In this document: piece after piece, positions 19,460-28,617 of the stretch
How the letters are laid out: every line of letters starts with the position of its first letter
Numbering within the stretch: the stretch's first letter is position 1
Assembly (NCBI GenBank): GCA_036170915.1
Contig: JAVHQC010000026.1
Coordinates: forward strand, 32,001-96,000
Direction: 5' to 3'
Length of the DNA stretch: 64,000 nucleotides
Source of the DNA: Cyanobacteria bacterium auto_48_18
GTDB taxonomy: Bacteria > Cyanobacteriota > Vampirovibrionia > Obscuribacterales > Obscuribacteraceae
Notes under the pieces: model-generated
What the model saw: only the letters and a program-made list of their open reading frames with translations
Database searches by the model: none
Told to the model about the DNA's origin: nothing
Made by a program: the position numbers and the translations under genes

Positions 19460-20011
19460 ATGTTACGTATCCGTATTCGAAAAACATTGCGCAGAAGATT
19501 GCCTCTGTTATTGGCACTGGCGGCAGTTTCGTTTTCTATCATTGTTCCGGCACCGGCCGCTCAAGCCAGGTCTGGCGATATAACCATTGAAACCGGCAAA
19601 GGTGAAGCCTTTGAAGTCAAACACAATTTGTTTGGCCAGCGCAGTTTTGCTGTTCAGGATCGCCTGGGCAATAAAATCGCCAATGAGAAAGGCTTGTTTG
19701 GTAATAGCAAAGTCGAGGTTGGTTTACTCGGCAACGAATATGAGCGCAAAAAAAATATCTTCGGCAGTAAGTCTATTAAAGCCAGCGATATGTTTGGCGA
19801 CAAAATCGAAAGCAAGAAAAGCTGGTTCGGTCTGGGACGGCGCAAGACCACCATCAATTTGTCAGGCACAACTGGTTTAATCAATCAGGCACTGGCCAAA
19901 AGAAAGGATGCTGAGTCACCGTCGCTTACAGGCAGAACCGATCTGGATGCTCCCGCGGATATTACAAATGCCTTTCCATCGTCTGTGGACGTAAACGCTC
20001 CTCAACCGTAA
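19460..20011 (+). CDS. Secreted hypothetical protein with four ~22-aa repeats
   Basis: Signal peptide (..AAQA|R); repeats G-x8-(L/I/W)FG. Confidence 0.65.
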   Translation: MLRIRIRKTLRRRLPLLLALAAVSFSIIVPAPAAQARSGDITIETGKGEAFEVKHNLFGQRSFAVQDRLGNKIANEKGLFGNSKVEVGLLGNEYERKKNIFGSKSIKASDMFGDKIESKKSWFGLGRRKTTINLSGTTGLINQALAKRKDAESPSLTGRTDLDAPADITNAFPSSVDVNAPQP

Positions 20012-20036
20012 GAATTGAAAAATTACCTGCTTAAAG

Positions 20037-20072
20037 AAAGAGATCGATTTTATTTTCGATCTCTTTTTCTTT
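20037..20072. terminator. Probable bidirectional intrinsic terminator
   Basis: 11-bp stem AAAGAGATCGA/TCGATCTCTTT with T-rich tail on + and A-rich flank, between convergent genes. Confidence 0.7.
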
Positions 20073-20078
20073 TCTGTT

Positions 20079-20849
20079 TTATAAGTCGATATCACCGAAT
20101 TTACGTTTGAAACGGGCCTTTAAATCGGTGACGATTTCACCGCTGGGTGGCGGTTCGCACGGTCTACCCAATTCGCTAGAAGTGTCGTAAACCGATGTTC
20201 TCAGAGCTATAAACATGGGGTGAAAACCAAATGCGATCATCTCTTTGTAGGCTCGTTCAGCAGACCATCCCTGCTCGTGCAGCCGATACATTGCCACCAT
20301 GGTGCCACAGCGATCTTGCCCCTGCCGGCAGTGCACAAAGGTCGGCTGAGTTTTATCAGTTGTCACTGCCGAGAGAAACTTATCAACTTGATCTTTGCGC
20401 ACACCCTTAAATAACGTCAGCGGTATGCTGACAAATTTCATGCCCAAACTTTCAACTATTTCTCTTTCCTCAGAAATATCATCTTTAGTATGGCGCAAAT
20501 TAACAACGGTCTTTACACCGGCTTTTTGCAGAGCTATTAAACCGTCACGGGAAGGCTGAGAGCCACGCAGAAGCTGCGGAGATACGTAACCGAAATTGAT
20601 AATTGTTGTGCCAAGATGATTATACGGATTGCTGGTAGTGGCACTGCCAGCAGGTGAACCAAGTGAAGCAGGCATAGCAGGTAAAACAGGCATAGCAGCA
20701 CCAGTACTAGTGACTGGTGTCGGGGCAACAGTAGGAAAGCTGGCTTCGATACCTTCAACAGTCTGCGCTGCTACTGGTAGCGATGCACTGGTGACAATAG
20801 ATATGATCGAAAAAAGGCTTGCCAGAAAAACAATATTCTTTATCGCCAT
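20079..20849 (-). CDS. Secreted Cys-based (dual-specificity/Siw14-like) phosphatase
   Basis: Signal peptide, P/T/A-rich linker, RGSQP, KTVVNLR, P-loop HCRQGQDRCG. Confidence 0.85.
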   Translation of the reverse strand: MAIKNIVFLASLFSIISIVTSASLPVAAQTVEGIEASFPTVAPTPVTSTGAAMPVLPAMPASLGSPAGSATTSNPYNHLGTTIINFGYVSPQLLRGSQPSRDGLIALQKAGVKTVVNLRHTKDDISEEREIVESLGMKFVSIPLTLFKGVRKDQVDKFLSAVTTDKTQPTFVHCRQGQDRCGTMVAMYRLHEQGWSAERAYKEMIAFGFHPMFIALRTSVYDTSSELGRPCEPPPSGEIVTDLKARFKRKFGDIDL

Positions 20850-20968
20850 TGTCGAACCTCAAGGCATTTAAGCATACATGCAATCTAGCAGGACTGCGCA
20901 AATCGCGCAGTTACGGACTTTCTCTTAGTAATAAACTGAATACAGCTCGGGCAATCTGACGAAAGTGT

Positions 20969-21538
20969 CTAGACCAGAGCATCAATTGATTCGAGCAAAT
21001 TGAGGTTAGCGGTGATGGTCTGTCTTAATATCTGTTCTTGTTCTTGATCTTGATTTTGTTCTTGATTTTGATCTGGGGGGCCACTATTGCGCTCAATTAG
21101 CCGATTGAGGTTTTCGTTAGTTTCCATTAGCGAACTTTTGATGGCCTGACAAACGCGGCTGGTTTTCTGTCTTTGCAGGGCAAAACCAATACTACGCAGC
21201 AGTGAGCCTTCAGTAATGGAGTCTTTGCTGATGTAGTCAGAGGCACCACAGCTTATGGCATGCATAGCGGTGTCTTGATCATCGAACCCGCTCAAGATAA
21301 TTATTGGTATTTCCGGCAACAATGAGTTTAATCGTCGAAAGCCATTGATGCCGTCGCTATCGGGCAAAGACATATCTAATAAAACCAGGTCGAATGCACT
21401 GAGTTGGTCTATGGCGGCCGCCATAGTTTGCACGTGCGTCGTTTCATATTGATCATCAGCGTGCAGATTGCGCAAGGTGAGAGCAGCATCACTGAGACTG
21501 TCTTCAACCAGTAATATTTTCGTTTTTGCAGTAGACAT
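20969..21538 (-). CDS. Response regulator receiver protein with short coiled-coil tail
   Basis: ILLVED, DLVLLD, PIIILSG, GASDYISK. Confidence 0.9.
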   Translation of the reverse strand: MSTAKTKILLVEDSLSDAALTLRNLHADDQYETTHVQTMAAAIDQLSAFDLVLLDMSLPDSDGINGFRRLNSLLPEIPIIILSGFDDQDTAMHAISCGASDYISKDSITEGSLLRSIGFALQRQKTSRVCQAIKSSLMETNENLNRLIERNSGPPDQNQEQNQDQEQEQILRQTITANLNLLESIDALV

Positions 21539-21652
21539 AACTTTGACTTGTGACTGTTTTCTTAGTCATACCCAGTTGGTTTCGGACAATCCCACATTTG
21601 AACGGAACTTCCAGTCAGCTTTTCAGTCTGGGTGTTCGTCAACAAGGTGGGA

Positions 21653-22042
21653 ATGATGATGGACGATCAACTGCAAAATCTACCAAATATGCATAACCTA
21701 GAGAAAGTTGACCATGCAGCAGCCGCCACTCCGATATCACTAGAAAATCTGCAGGATGATTTTGGTTGTGACACCGATGAGTTGATTGCCCTGTTTTGTG
21801 AGGGCGCCGGCGTAGAGCTGGAAAAAGTCAAAGCGGCTGCCCAAGCCGAAGACCGCGAACGGCTTTTGCACAATGCTCGCGGTCTTCGGGCTGTTTGCGA
21901 ATCAGTTTATGTGGGTGATATGGGCAAAACTTGCTCTGAAATTGAGCAAGCTGGTGTTAATTCGCAGTGGTCGCAAGTCAATACTTTAATTGAAAGACTT
22001 GAAGCCGAATTCGCCCTGGTGCAATTGCACCACCAGAAATAA
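21653..22042 (+). CDS. Hpt-like domain protein (canonical His apparently replaced)
   Basis: Helical pattern ELIALF..AAQAED...L..C.EIE typical of Hpt; divergent from the receiver gene. Confidence 0.65.
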   Translation: MMMDDQLQNLPNMHNLEKVDHAAAATPISLENLQDDFGCDTDELIALFCEGAGVELEKVKAAAQAEDRERLLHNARGLRAVCESVYVGDMGKTCSEIEQAGVNSQWSQVNTLIERLEAEFALVQLHHQK

Positions 22043-22270
22043 TTATTTCGGAGTTACCGCTCCACCTGTGTATGCATAAATTAGCAACATGCGGCCGCCA
22101 TGCGGGCCCACTGTGAGCGAAGTCATGCTGGTGAGCTGATAGCGATAGTTTGAGTGTTCAATAATAGAAGCCGAGACGTCGTCGGCTGGGCAGATTTCTT
22201 GCACCACCATGGTTGGTGACTTGATGAATTTCTTCAACTTAAGATCGGCTATATCTGTGAGTTTTGGCAT
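22043..22270 (-). CDS. Small hypothetical protein
   Basis: 75-aa ORF with AGGA upstream, filling the gap directly downstream of the GlcG-like gene; no recognised motif. Confidence 0.4.
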   Translation of the reverse strand: MPKLTDIADLKLKKFIKSPTMVVQEICPADDVSASIIEHSNYRYQLTSMTSLTVGPHGGRMLLIYAYTGGAVTPK

Positions 22271-22297
22271 GATTTTTATCCTGAAAGAAATTGTTGA

Positions 22298-22693
22298 TTA
22301 AAACACCGCTGCGCCAGCTTCGGCAACTGCATGGTCCTGGTCTCCGGAACCGCCGCTGACACCAATCGCTCCCACTACCTGGCCGTCTTTTATCAGCGGA
22401 ATGCCACCGGCAAAAATCATTATTTTGCCGTCGTTAGAAGCATGAATTCCGAAAAATTGTCCACCAGATTGGCTATGAGTGGCCAAATCTTTAGTGGTGA
22501 TGTCAAAAGCACGGGCAGTGAAAGCTTTTTTGATGGAAATATCAATGCTGCCGAGCCAGGCGTTGTCCATACGCACATGAGCCACGAGATTGCCTCCACC
22601 GTCGGCCACGGCAATATTCATTGGTTGTCCAAGCTCCAGGGCTTTCTTTTCGGCAGCAGCAATGACCTTTCTGGCAGTTTCGAGTGTGACCAT
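22298..22693 (-). CDS. GlcG/HbpS heme-binding protein
   Basis: NIAVADGGG, RMD.A, KKAFTA, GGIPL..DG..VGAIGVSGG..QDH. Confidence 0.9.
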   Translation of the reverse strand: MVTLETARKVIAAAEKKALELGQPMNIAVADGGGNLVAHVRMDNAWLGSIDISIKKAFTARAFDITTKDLATHSQSGGQFFGIHASNDGKIMIFAGGIPLIKDGQVVGAIGVSGGSGDQDHAVAEAGAAVF

Positions 22694-22902
22694 ATACGCC
22701 TCTTGTAAATAACAATTCAGATAATTGACCCCCTAAAAGGTACGCTAAGCCGGCAGATTTTTCCATGCTTCAGCTGCACCAGGCATTGGGGGCCCCACCT
22801 GCGGCTTTTGACAAATTTATGAAACTTAGCTTGAGCGTTTATTTTAAGCAAGCATTCCTGTTGAAAACTACTACACTGGTAGAAGTCGTTAATGGTTAAC
22901 CG

Positions 22903-23862
22903 ATGACTTTAGCCAGAACTTTAGCTGCTACCGCCTGTGTTTTAATGGGCTTTTTATGTCTGTCGCCACTTAGCGAAGCTGGCGGTCGGTCGACCTATGA
23001 TGCTCCGCCACCTGCCGCATCACAGATTCCTTTTACTTACGGTACTGATAGAGTGATCGTAGTCATGGATGGCAGCGTTAACATTCGCAGGTCAGATTTA
23101 AAGGCTTATGTTGATGATGCTGCTCAGGCGGTGATTAAAATCTATGGCCGTCTGCCTGTGCCCTTAACCATAGTGCGGGTTGAAGTGACAAACGGCGATA
23201 GCGTGGGCTTTGCCACCAGCACTTATCTCGATGAAAGCGATTATGGCCTAATTGAGCTTTCACTGGGGCGTGATACCAGTAGGGCTTCGTTAAACAAAAG
23301 CTGGACCTTGACGCATGAACTCTTGCATTTAGGTTTTCCTATTGTAGAGAAATCTAAGCGCTGGTTGGCGGAGGGCATTGCCACCTATGAAGAGCCGGTT
23401 GCCCGTGTGCGCACTGGTATGACCAGCGCCGAAGAGATGTGGGCAGACTTGATCAAAAATGCGCCTTCCGGATTACCGCAAAGAGATCAGGGCTTGAATT
23501 ATACGCGCTCCTGGGGCCGAGTTTACTGGGGCGGCGCGCTTTATTGTTTGCTGGCCGATATAGAAATTCGCAAACAAACTAGAAATAAGTTTGGCCTTGA
23601 GCATGCTTTACGTGGTATTGCCCGCAGTGGTGGTACCGCTGCTTCTGATTGGAACGCACGGCAGGCTATTGATGCCGGAGATCAGGCACTCAATTTAACT
23701 GTGTTACAAGATCTCTATACGAAGATGGCTCTTAATCCTGGTTCAATTGATTTGCATCAGCTGTGGAGTCAGCTGGGTATCATAGAAAGTAATGGTGGCA
23801 TCACTTTTGATGATTCCGCGCCGCTGGCATCAATTCGCAAGGCGATTGAGAACGGCTCTTGA
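22903..23862 (+). CDS. Secreted gluzincin (M61/MA-like) metallopeptidase
   Basis: Signal peptide; THELLH...WLAEGIATY; YWGGAL....D..IR. Confidence 0.75.
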   Translation: MTLARTLAATACVLMGFLCLSPLSEAGGRSTYDAPPPAASQIPFTYGTDRVIVVMDGSVNIRRSDLKAYVDDAAQAVIKIYGRLPVPLTIVRVEVTNGDSVGFATSTYLDESDYGLIELSLGRDTSRASLNKSWTLTHELLHLGFPIVEKSKRWLAEGIATYEEPVARVRTGMTSAEEMWADLIKNAPSGLPQRDQGLNYTRSWGRVYWGGALYCLLADIEIRKQTRNKFGLEHALRGIARSGGTAASDWNARQAIDAGDQALNLTVLQDLYTKMALNPGSIDLHQLWSQLGIIESNGGITFDDSAPLASIRKAIENGS

Positions 23863-23870
23863 TTGCTACG

Positions 23871-24737
23871 TCAGCTTTCCATTAGGTCATCCAGCACTTG
23901 AGACAATTTCCGGTGCAGCAGAAAGTGGCCTTGCTCAGGTACGATCTTTAATTTCGCGCCTTTGATGCGCTCAGCCAAATAGTTAGACATTGCTATGGGG
24001 CAAAGGCTATCATCTGCGCCTTGCCAGAGAGTGATATCACTTTTAATATCCTCCACAGCAAATTGCCAATCACTCGAATAGGCATTGTAGTCATCAACCA
24101 CTCCCCATCCCCCTTGACGGGTTGATTCAAGAATGAAATGCGATGCTTCATAGTCGGTCATCGGTTCAATAATCGCACGATCACACGAAGACACTTCGCT
24201 CAGCAATATTTTTTTCAGCATAGCGGGTGGAAGTTTTCCACCAATGCTCACAGTCAATGCCAGAAGCCATTGTAGATAAGGTGGACAGCAAAGCAAAAAC
24301 CGGTCTGTCCACATGCCCAGATCGTTGAGACTGACGGGAGAAATAAGTGGTGATGCACCGCCTACGGTGGCGACTTTGCTAAAGCGCTCAGGTATTTTGT
24401 AAGCGCAGGCATATGCATAAGAACCACCCAACGACCAGGCAAGAAGCGGTAATCGATCGATAGACAGCTGATTAAGTAAACACTGTACGTCACTTGCCCA
24501 GTCAAGCATGGTGCGGTGGCGACTTAAAGAAGAAATGCCGATTCCAGGCCGGTCTGGAGCAATAATTCTGATTGCTCGCTCTTGGCAATATTGATGCGCA
24601 AAAGCGATATCAAACCGGCTGCTGACGCCACCGTGAAAATATAGCAATGGCTTTCCCTCGCGGTGGCCGTATTGCGCGTAGCCCAGGGTGCGACCGTCCG
24701 GCAAGGCGATTGTATGATCGCGGTCTACTGATTCCAT
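23871..24737 (-). CDS. Alpha/beta hydrolase
   Basis: LPDGRTLGY, FHG, PDRPGIG, AWSLGG nucleophile elbow, WQG.DD, GHF. Confidence 0.9.
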   Translation of the reverse strand: MESVDRDHTIALPDGRTLGYAQYGHREGKPLLYFHGGVSSRFDIAFAHQYCQERAIRIIAPDRPGIGISSLSRHRTMLDWASDVQCLLNQLSIDRLPLLAWSLGGSYAYACAYKIPERFSKVATVGGASPLISPVSLNDLGMWTDRFLLCCPPYLQWLLALTVSIGGKLPPAMLKKILLSEVSSCDRAIIEPMTDYEASHFILESTRQGGWGVVDDYNAYSSDWQFAVEDIKSDITLWQGADDSLCPIAMSNYLAERIKGAKLKIVPEQGHFLLHRKLSQVLDDLMES

Positions 24738-24743
24738 CAGGTG

Positions 24744-25964
24744 TTACTGCTGCCGGTCGGCCGAGTGGTCACTGCTTTTAATCGATTGCCATTTGGCAGT
24801 AACCGCTTTGCCCATGTGAGAGATGATTTGTTTGATTGGATGGAAACCAAGCACGCTGTAGACATTGTAGATGCGCACCAGTAAGAAGCGTGTTTTCATA
24901 CAGCAATAAACTTTTTCTTCCCGAGCACCAGGCATCTCTGGTCTATATTTGCTCTTATGCCGGTAGAGATTTTTAAAATTGTAGAGAAAATTTGCTTTCT
25001 CGAATGAATATTTGAAGTGTGCGGAGAGCAGTTTGCTGTGGCGAAACTCCTCAGTATCATTGACTTTAGCCAGTGGTGAAAGACCAAGAGAAATTTCTTT
25101 TTTACCCTCGGCTTTGAAGATTTCGAGAGCCTCAAGCAAAATAAAATCAACTACTGAGTAGGAGCGATCTAGATTGCTGCGCAAATGATTGGCGATGTAG
25201 CCTACCACTTCGCCATCAGCATACATAGGATCAAAAATGACAAAACCGACCACTTCTTTGTCTTTGATAGCCACAAATTTGCGAACATCAATTTCATCTA
25301 CATAAACGATCGGACGCACAATGAATTGCATTTCACTGTCGCTCATAACTTTCTGCTTCATCCAATCTTCGCTAATTTTTCGAAATGCCTGGCGCATTTC
25401 AGCATCAGAAGAAAGTACTTCAACACAAGTGAGATTATCTTTTTTAGCGTTGTTGCGCGCCTGTCGCAAAGCCTGCTTTTTGTTGCCGGTGAGGGTGAAA
25501 CTTTGAACGTCTATAAAAGTCTCGACACCAAGCTCGTTGACACAAAATCCAAGCTCGTTCAGAGCCGTGGCCGTGTCTTTAGAGGCATGGAGAAAAATTG
25601 GATCTTTCTTGTGTTTGAGAAAGGCGTCAAGAAAAGCTGGTAGATTTTCTTTGCTGCAGATGGGGTCGGCCAGCACACAGACCGAGTCTGCACTGTCAGT
25701 GAGCGGCGTGTAAGCGCAGTATCCCAATTCGTCATCCATAAAATACTGCAAGCCTGCCTGCAGAGACGAATATGCCAGAGACCCCCGGCCAAATTGTTTG
25801 AGCTGGTCTCGGCGAAAGGCCGCAGTTTGTGTGCCGTTATTCAGAGACTTGACTGAAGTTTGCAGTGCTTCTTGCTTTGTGGTCATGGATTGCGAGAGAC
25901 CGGGCGCTACTTTCTTAATTTTGAGACCTTTGCCTCTCAATCCCTTTAGCAAGTCCATTTTCAA
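24744..25964 (-). CDS. Stand-alone DUF2156 / MprF C-terminal (aminoacyl-tRNA-dependent transferase) domain protein
   Basis: LADPIC, LG.E..ID...F.L.G.K...LR.A.N, W...K...E, SLGLSPLA, YNFKNLYRHKSKY.P; no TM flippase region. Confidence 0.75.
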   Translation of the reverse strand: MKMDLLKGLRGKGLKIKKVAPGLSQSMTTKQEALQTSVKSLNNGTQTAAFRRDQLKQFGRGSLAYSSLQAGLQYFMDDELGYCAYTPLTDSADSVCVLADPICSKENLPAFLDAFLKHKKDPIFLHASKDTATALNELGFCVNELGVETFIDVQSFTLTGNKKQALRQARNNAKKDNLTCVEVLSSDAEMRQAFRKISEDWMKQKVMSDSEMQFIVRPIVYVDEIDVRKFVAIKDKEVVGFVIFDPMYADGEVVGYIANHLRSNLDRSYSVVDFILLEALEIFKAEGKKEISLGLSPLAKVNDTEEFRHSKLLSAHFKYSFEKANFLYNFKNLYRHKSKYRPEMPGAREEKVYCCMKTRFLLVRIYNVYSVLGFHPIKQIISHMGKAVTAKWQSIKSSDHSADRQQ

Positions 25965-25993
25965 TCCCCTTTATAAATTAGGCTGAGGCCATA

Positions 25994-27841
25994 TTACTTT
26001 ACTTTGACAGCAAAAGATGGCTCTGTATAATCGCTTGGCAGATATTTTTCAGGAATAGTTGTGCGGTTGCCGTCGCGCAAAGTGGCATAGTGAGGCGACA
26101 TTATTTCAATACCAGCTTGATTAAATTGGTCTTGAATATTTCGATGCAGGTCTGAATAGGTTACTGCCATAATTTGAGGTTTGTTGGTAAAGGCATTGAT
26201 TTCGTAGCTAACAAAAAAGTCGTCCAGACTGGTTTGCAAGACAAATGGAGCTGGTTCAGCCAAAATATTGTCTGTGGCTTTGGCTGCTGCTATCAGTGCG
26301 GCCTGTACGTCGCGCCAGGGGGCGTCATAGCCAATTGTAACTGTGGTGTGCAAAACCAATCCGGTGCGGTTCGATGATGAGCTGTAATTGATAATGTGGC
26401 TGCTTAAGACCATGGCATTAGGAATGGTTATATATTCTTGTTTGATAGTGCGAATGCGTGTGGCTAGTAGGGTTTTCTCGACAACGTCGCCGACAGCATC
26501 TGATATTTTAACTCTGTCTCCTAGTTTGAAAGCACCTGTGTAAGTAAGAAAAACGCCTGCTACTAGATGTGATATCGCTCCGCTTGAACCCAGGGAAAAT
26601 AGTACACCCAAAAAAATCGATACCTGTTGAAATGCTGGTGAACCCGAGCCCGGCAAATACGGGAAAATCAAAACGAAGGCGAAAGCAATCACCAAGAAAC
26701 GAATAATCTTGAAAGTTGGATCTGCCCACTCTGGGTCGAAATTGGCAATGCTAATAGTGCCTCTGCCAACTTCATTGAAGAGAAAATGTACGAAGGCGAC
26801 GAGATAGTAGGTTGCTATTGCAATCAGCATAATGACAAATACGTTGGGCAGGTAGGCCAGTATCGCCGGTAGTGCGACACCAACGACTGGTTGTATGGCC
26901 CAATCGACAATGTCACTGGCTATTCCTCTGGTTTCAGGAAAGAAACTCAAGGCTAAGGGAATGAAAAGGCCAAGCAGAGCAATTACAGTAGCAACTCTGG
27001 TAACTCGCAGTACACCAATCAAAACATCAACTAATGTGTGGTCTGATATTAGTTCGGCGTTTTGAATGCGCAGAGATTTAATTTGCTTGCCTCTGGCTAC
27101 TTCTATCCAGGCGTAAATCTTGGGAAAGAGCCAATTCAAAAACATTAGTGAGAGCATTAAAGCAAGAGCTGAAACTGCGGTCTGGCCAGCAGCCAATAGC
27201 AGGCTGCCTGGGCGATGAGCTTCAATACTTTGCAGTAGTGCCTTCTTTAGGTTAGCGGCTTGGCGCTCAGCCAAGTCCATGCGATTACTTAGGCCCTCGG
27301 CTTTGGCGTCTTGATCTGAAACAATTACCAGGGGGTCGTTACCAATCATGATTTCAGCAACTTGCCGCTGATTTACTGCTCTAATGGTTTCAACTAAATG
27401 CAGATATTGCTTATCACTTTTGGCTTTGTTCAGTCGGCGTTGGATATTTTCAACGCGAGTCGGAATTGAGTAAGGGCCGACACTGTGTCGAATGCGAAAG
27501 ACTTCTATGCCGTCAATTTCTATCGGTAAGCTGTCATCTACTTTTTCGGCCGTGCTGTTCTCTAATTTTGCTGTGTTGCTCGCTGGCTTTGATGTATTGG
27601 CCTCGCCTTTAGTTGACTCCGATTGCGGAGCCACGAACAACTCATCGTCTTCCTGAGGGTTCTTAGTGTTATCAGAGACATTTACGTTTCTAGCTTGCTG
27701 TTTAGAGTCTTGTTGACTAGGCTCTTGTGGACTTGTAACTGGTTGGGCCAGTGCCTGTTGCCAACCGACGCTGCCAACTAAAGAACTGATTAGTAGCAGA
27801 CACTTTATTAAGGTCAGCTTCCAGCGACAATTAACAGCCAT
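25994..27841 (-). CDS. Mechanosensitive ion channel MscS family with large periplasmic N-terminal domain
   Basis: Signal peptide, several TM helices, FKLGDRVKI..GDV, TIPN, GIEIMSPH. Confidence 0.88.
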   Translation of the reverse strand: MAVNCRWKLTLIKCLLLISSLVGSVGWQQALAQPVTSPQEPSQQDSKQQARNVNVSDNTKNPQEDDELFVAPQSESTKGEANTSKPASNTAKLENSTAEKVDDSLPIEIDGIEVFRIRHSVGPYSIPTRVENIQRRLNKAKSDKQYLHLVETIRAVNQRQVAEIMIGNDPLVIVSDQDAKAEGLSNRMDLAERQAANLKKALLQSIEAHRPGSLLLAAGQTAVSALALMLSLMFLNWLFPKIYAWIEVARGKQIKSLRIQNAELISDHTLVDVLIGVLRVTRVATVIALLGLFIPLALSFFPETRGIASDIVDWAIQPVVGVALPAILAYLPNVFVIMLIAIATYYLVAFVHFLFNEVGRGTISIANFDPEWADPTFKIIRFLVIAFAFVLIFPYLPGSGSPAFQQVSIFLGVLFSLGSSGAISHLVAGVFLTYTGAFKLGDRVKISDAVGDVVEKTLLATRIRTIKQEYITIPNAMVLSSHIINYSSSSNRTGLVLHTTVTIGYDAPWRDVQAALIAAAKATDNILAEPAPFVLQTSLDDFFVSYEINAFTNKPQIMAVTYSDLHRNIQDQFNQAGIEIMSPHYATLRDGNRTTIPEKYLPSDYTEPSFAVKVK

Positions 27842-27882
27842 CTTTGTGAGTCTCCGCGATGTCTTGCATTCACTCAGGCCAA

Positions 27883-28224
27883 CTAGTACTTAATCAAGCT
27901 GGGGTCTACTTCATCTGCCCAACGTAAAATGCCACCGGTTAAATTCATAACTTTTTCAAAACCCTGACTGCGAAGAAAACTGGCGCAGCGATCAGAGCGC
28001 GCGCCTGATCGGCAATAAACAACTATTTCTTCTTGCTTTTGCTTCTCGAGCTCCTGATAACGTTGTGGCAGATCGCCCATGGGAATTTGGGCTGAGTTGT
28101 TGAGTGAACAAATGCCAAGTTCGTGATTTTCTCTGATGTCAAGAATGAAGAGCTTTTCGCCGGCATCAAGGCGCTTCTTCAGTTCCAGCGGGGTTATTTC
28201 AAGTTTTGTCGAATCAATGTTCAT
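27883..28224 (-). CDS. Single-domain rhodanese (sulfurtransferase)
   Basis: ILDIRE..E, VVYCRSGARS, NLTGGI..W..EVDP; start moved to ATG 28224. Confidence 0.88.
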   Translation of the reverse strand: MNIDSTKLEITPLELKKRLDAGEKLFILDIRENHELGICSLNNSAQIPMGDLPQRYQELEKQKQEEIVVYCRSGARSDRCASFLRSQGFEKVMNLTGGILRWADEVDPSLIKY

Positions 28225-28276
28225 GGCACCCTTATTTTTGTCCGTAGGCTTTTCTGCTTTTCTTGCGAGCTTTAAG

Positions 28277-28308
28277 TATAATCTCAACTTGAAGTTCGCA
28301 TTAGGAGG
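28277..28308 (+). promoter_or_regulatory. -10 box TATAAT (28277-28282) and RBS AGGAGG (28303-28308)
   Basis: Consensus hexamers upstream of GTG 28316; -35 only weakly matched. Confidence 0.5.
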
Positions 28309-28315
28309 CGCACGC

Positions 28316-28537
28316 GTGGCCAGAACATTAGAAGAAGCCCTTAAAGAAGTACTCACCGACGATAACACGGTCTCTAAATACGAAGCAAAAGTTATTCGCG
28401 AGTTGGTTATGGCCGATGGAGTAGTGACGGAAGATGAGAAGGCAGCTTTGCAACAAGCGCTGTCCAAAAACACTTTCTCAGACGAAGCATTCCAGCTGTT
28501 GTCATCTATTCTCCTCAGATCACATATGAAAGACTAG
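28316..28537 (+). CDS. Small helical protein with TerB-like acidic loops
   Basis: AGGAGG RBS then GTG; motifs TDDNTVSKYE and ADGVVTEDE. Confidence 0.7.
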   Translation: MARTLEEALKEVLTDDNTVSKYEAKVIRELVMADGVVTEDEKAALQQALSKNTFSDEAFQLLSSILLRSHMKD

Positions 28538-28538
28538 G

Positions 28539-28593
28539 CGCAAACTAGTCGCAAACTAGTCGCAAACTAGTCGCAAACTAGTCGCAAACTAGT
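28539..28593. repeat. Tandem repeat (CGCAAACTAGT) x5
   Basis: Five perfect 11-bp copies read directly. Confidence 0.95.
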
Positions 28594-28617
28594 GATAGAT
28601 TAGTCTTACGACAAAGT

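Noticed and set aside
28225..28473. N-terminal extensions of the rhodanese (to 28473) and the small protein (from 28136)
   Set aside because: They are mutual antisense overlaps of two divergent genes; true starts at 28224 and 28316 fit domain boundaries and, for 28316, an RBS.
28539..28593. Possible CRISPR array
   Set aside because: Units are 11 bp and directly adjacent with no spacers; no cas genes in the window.
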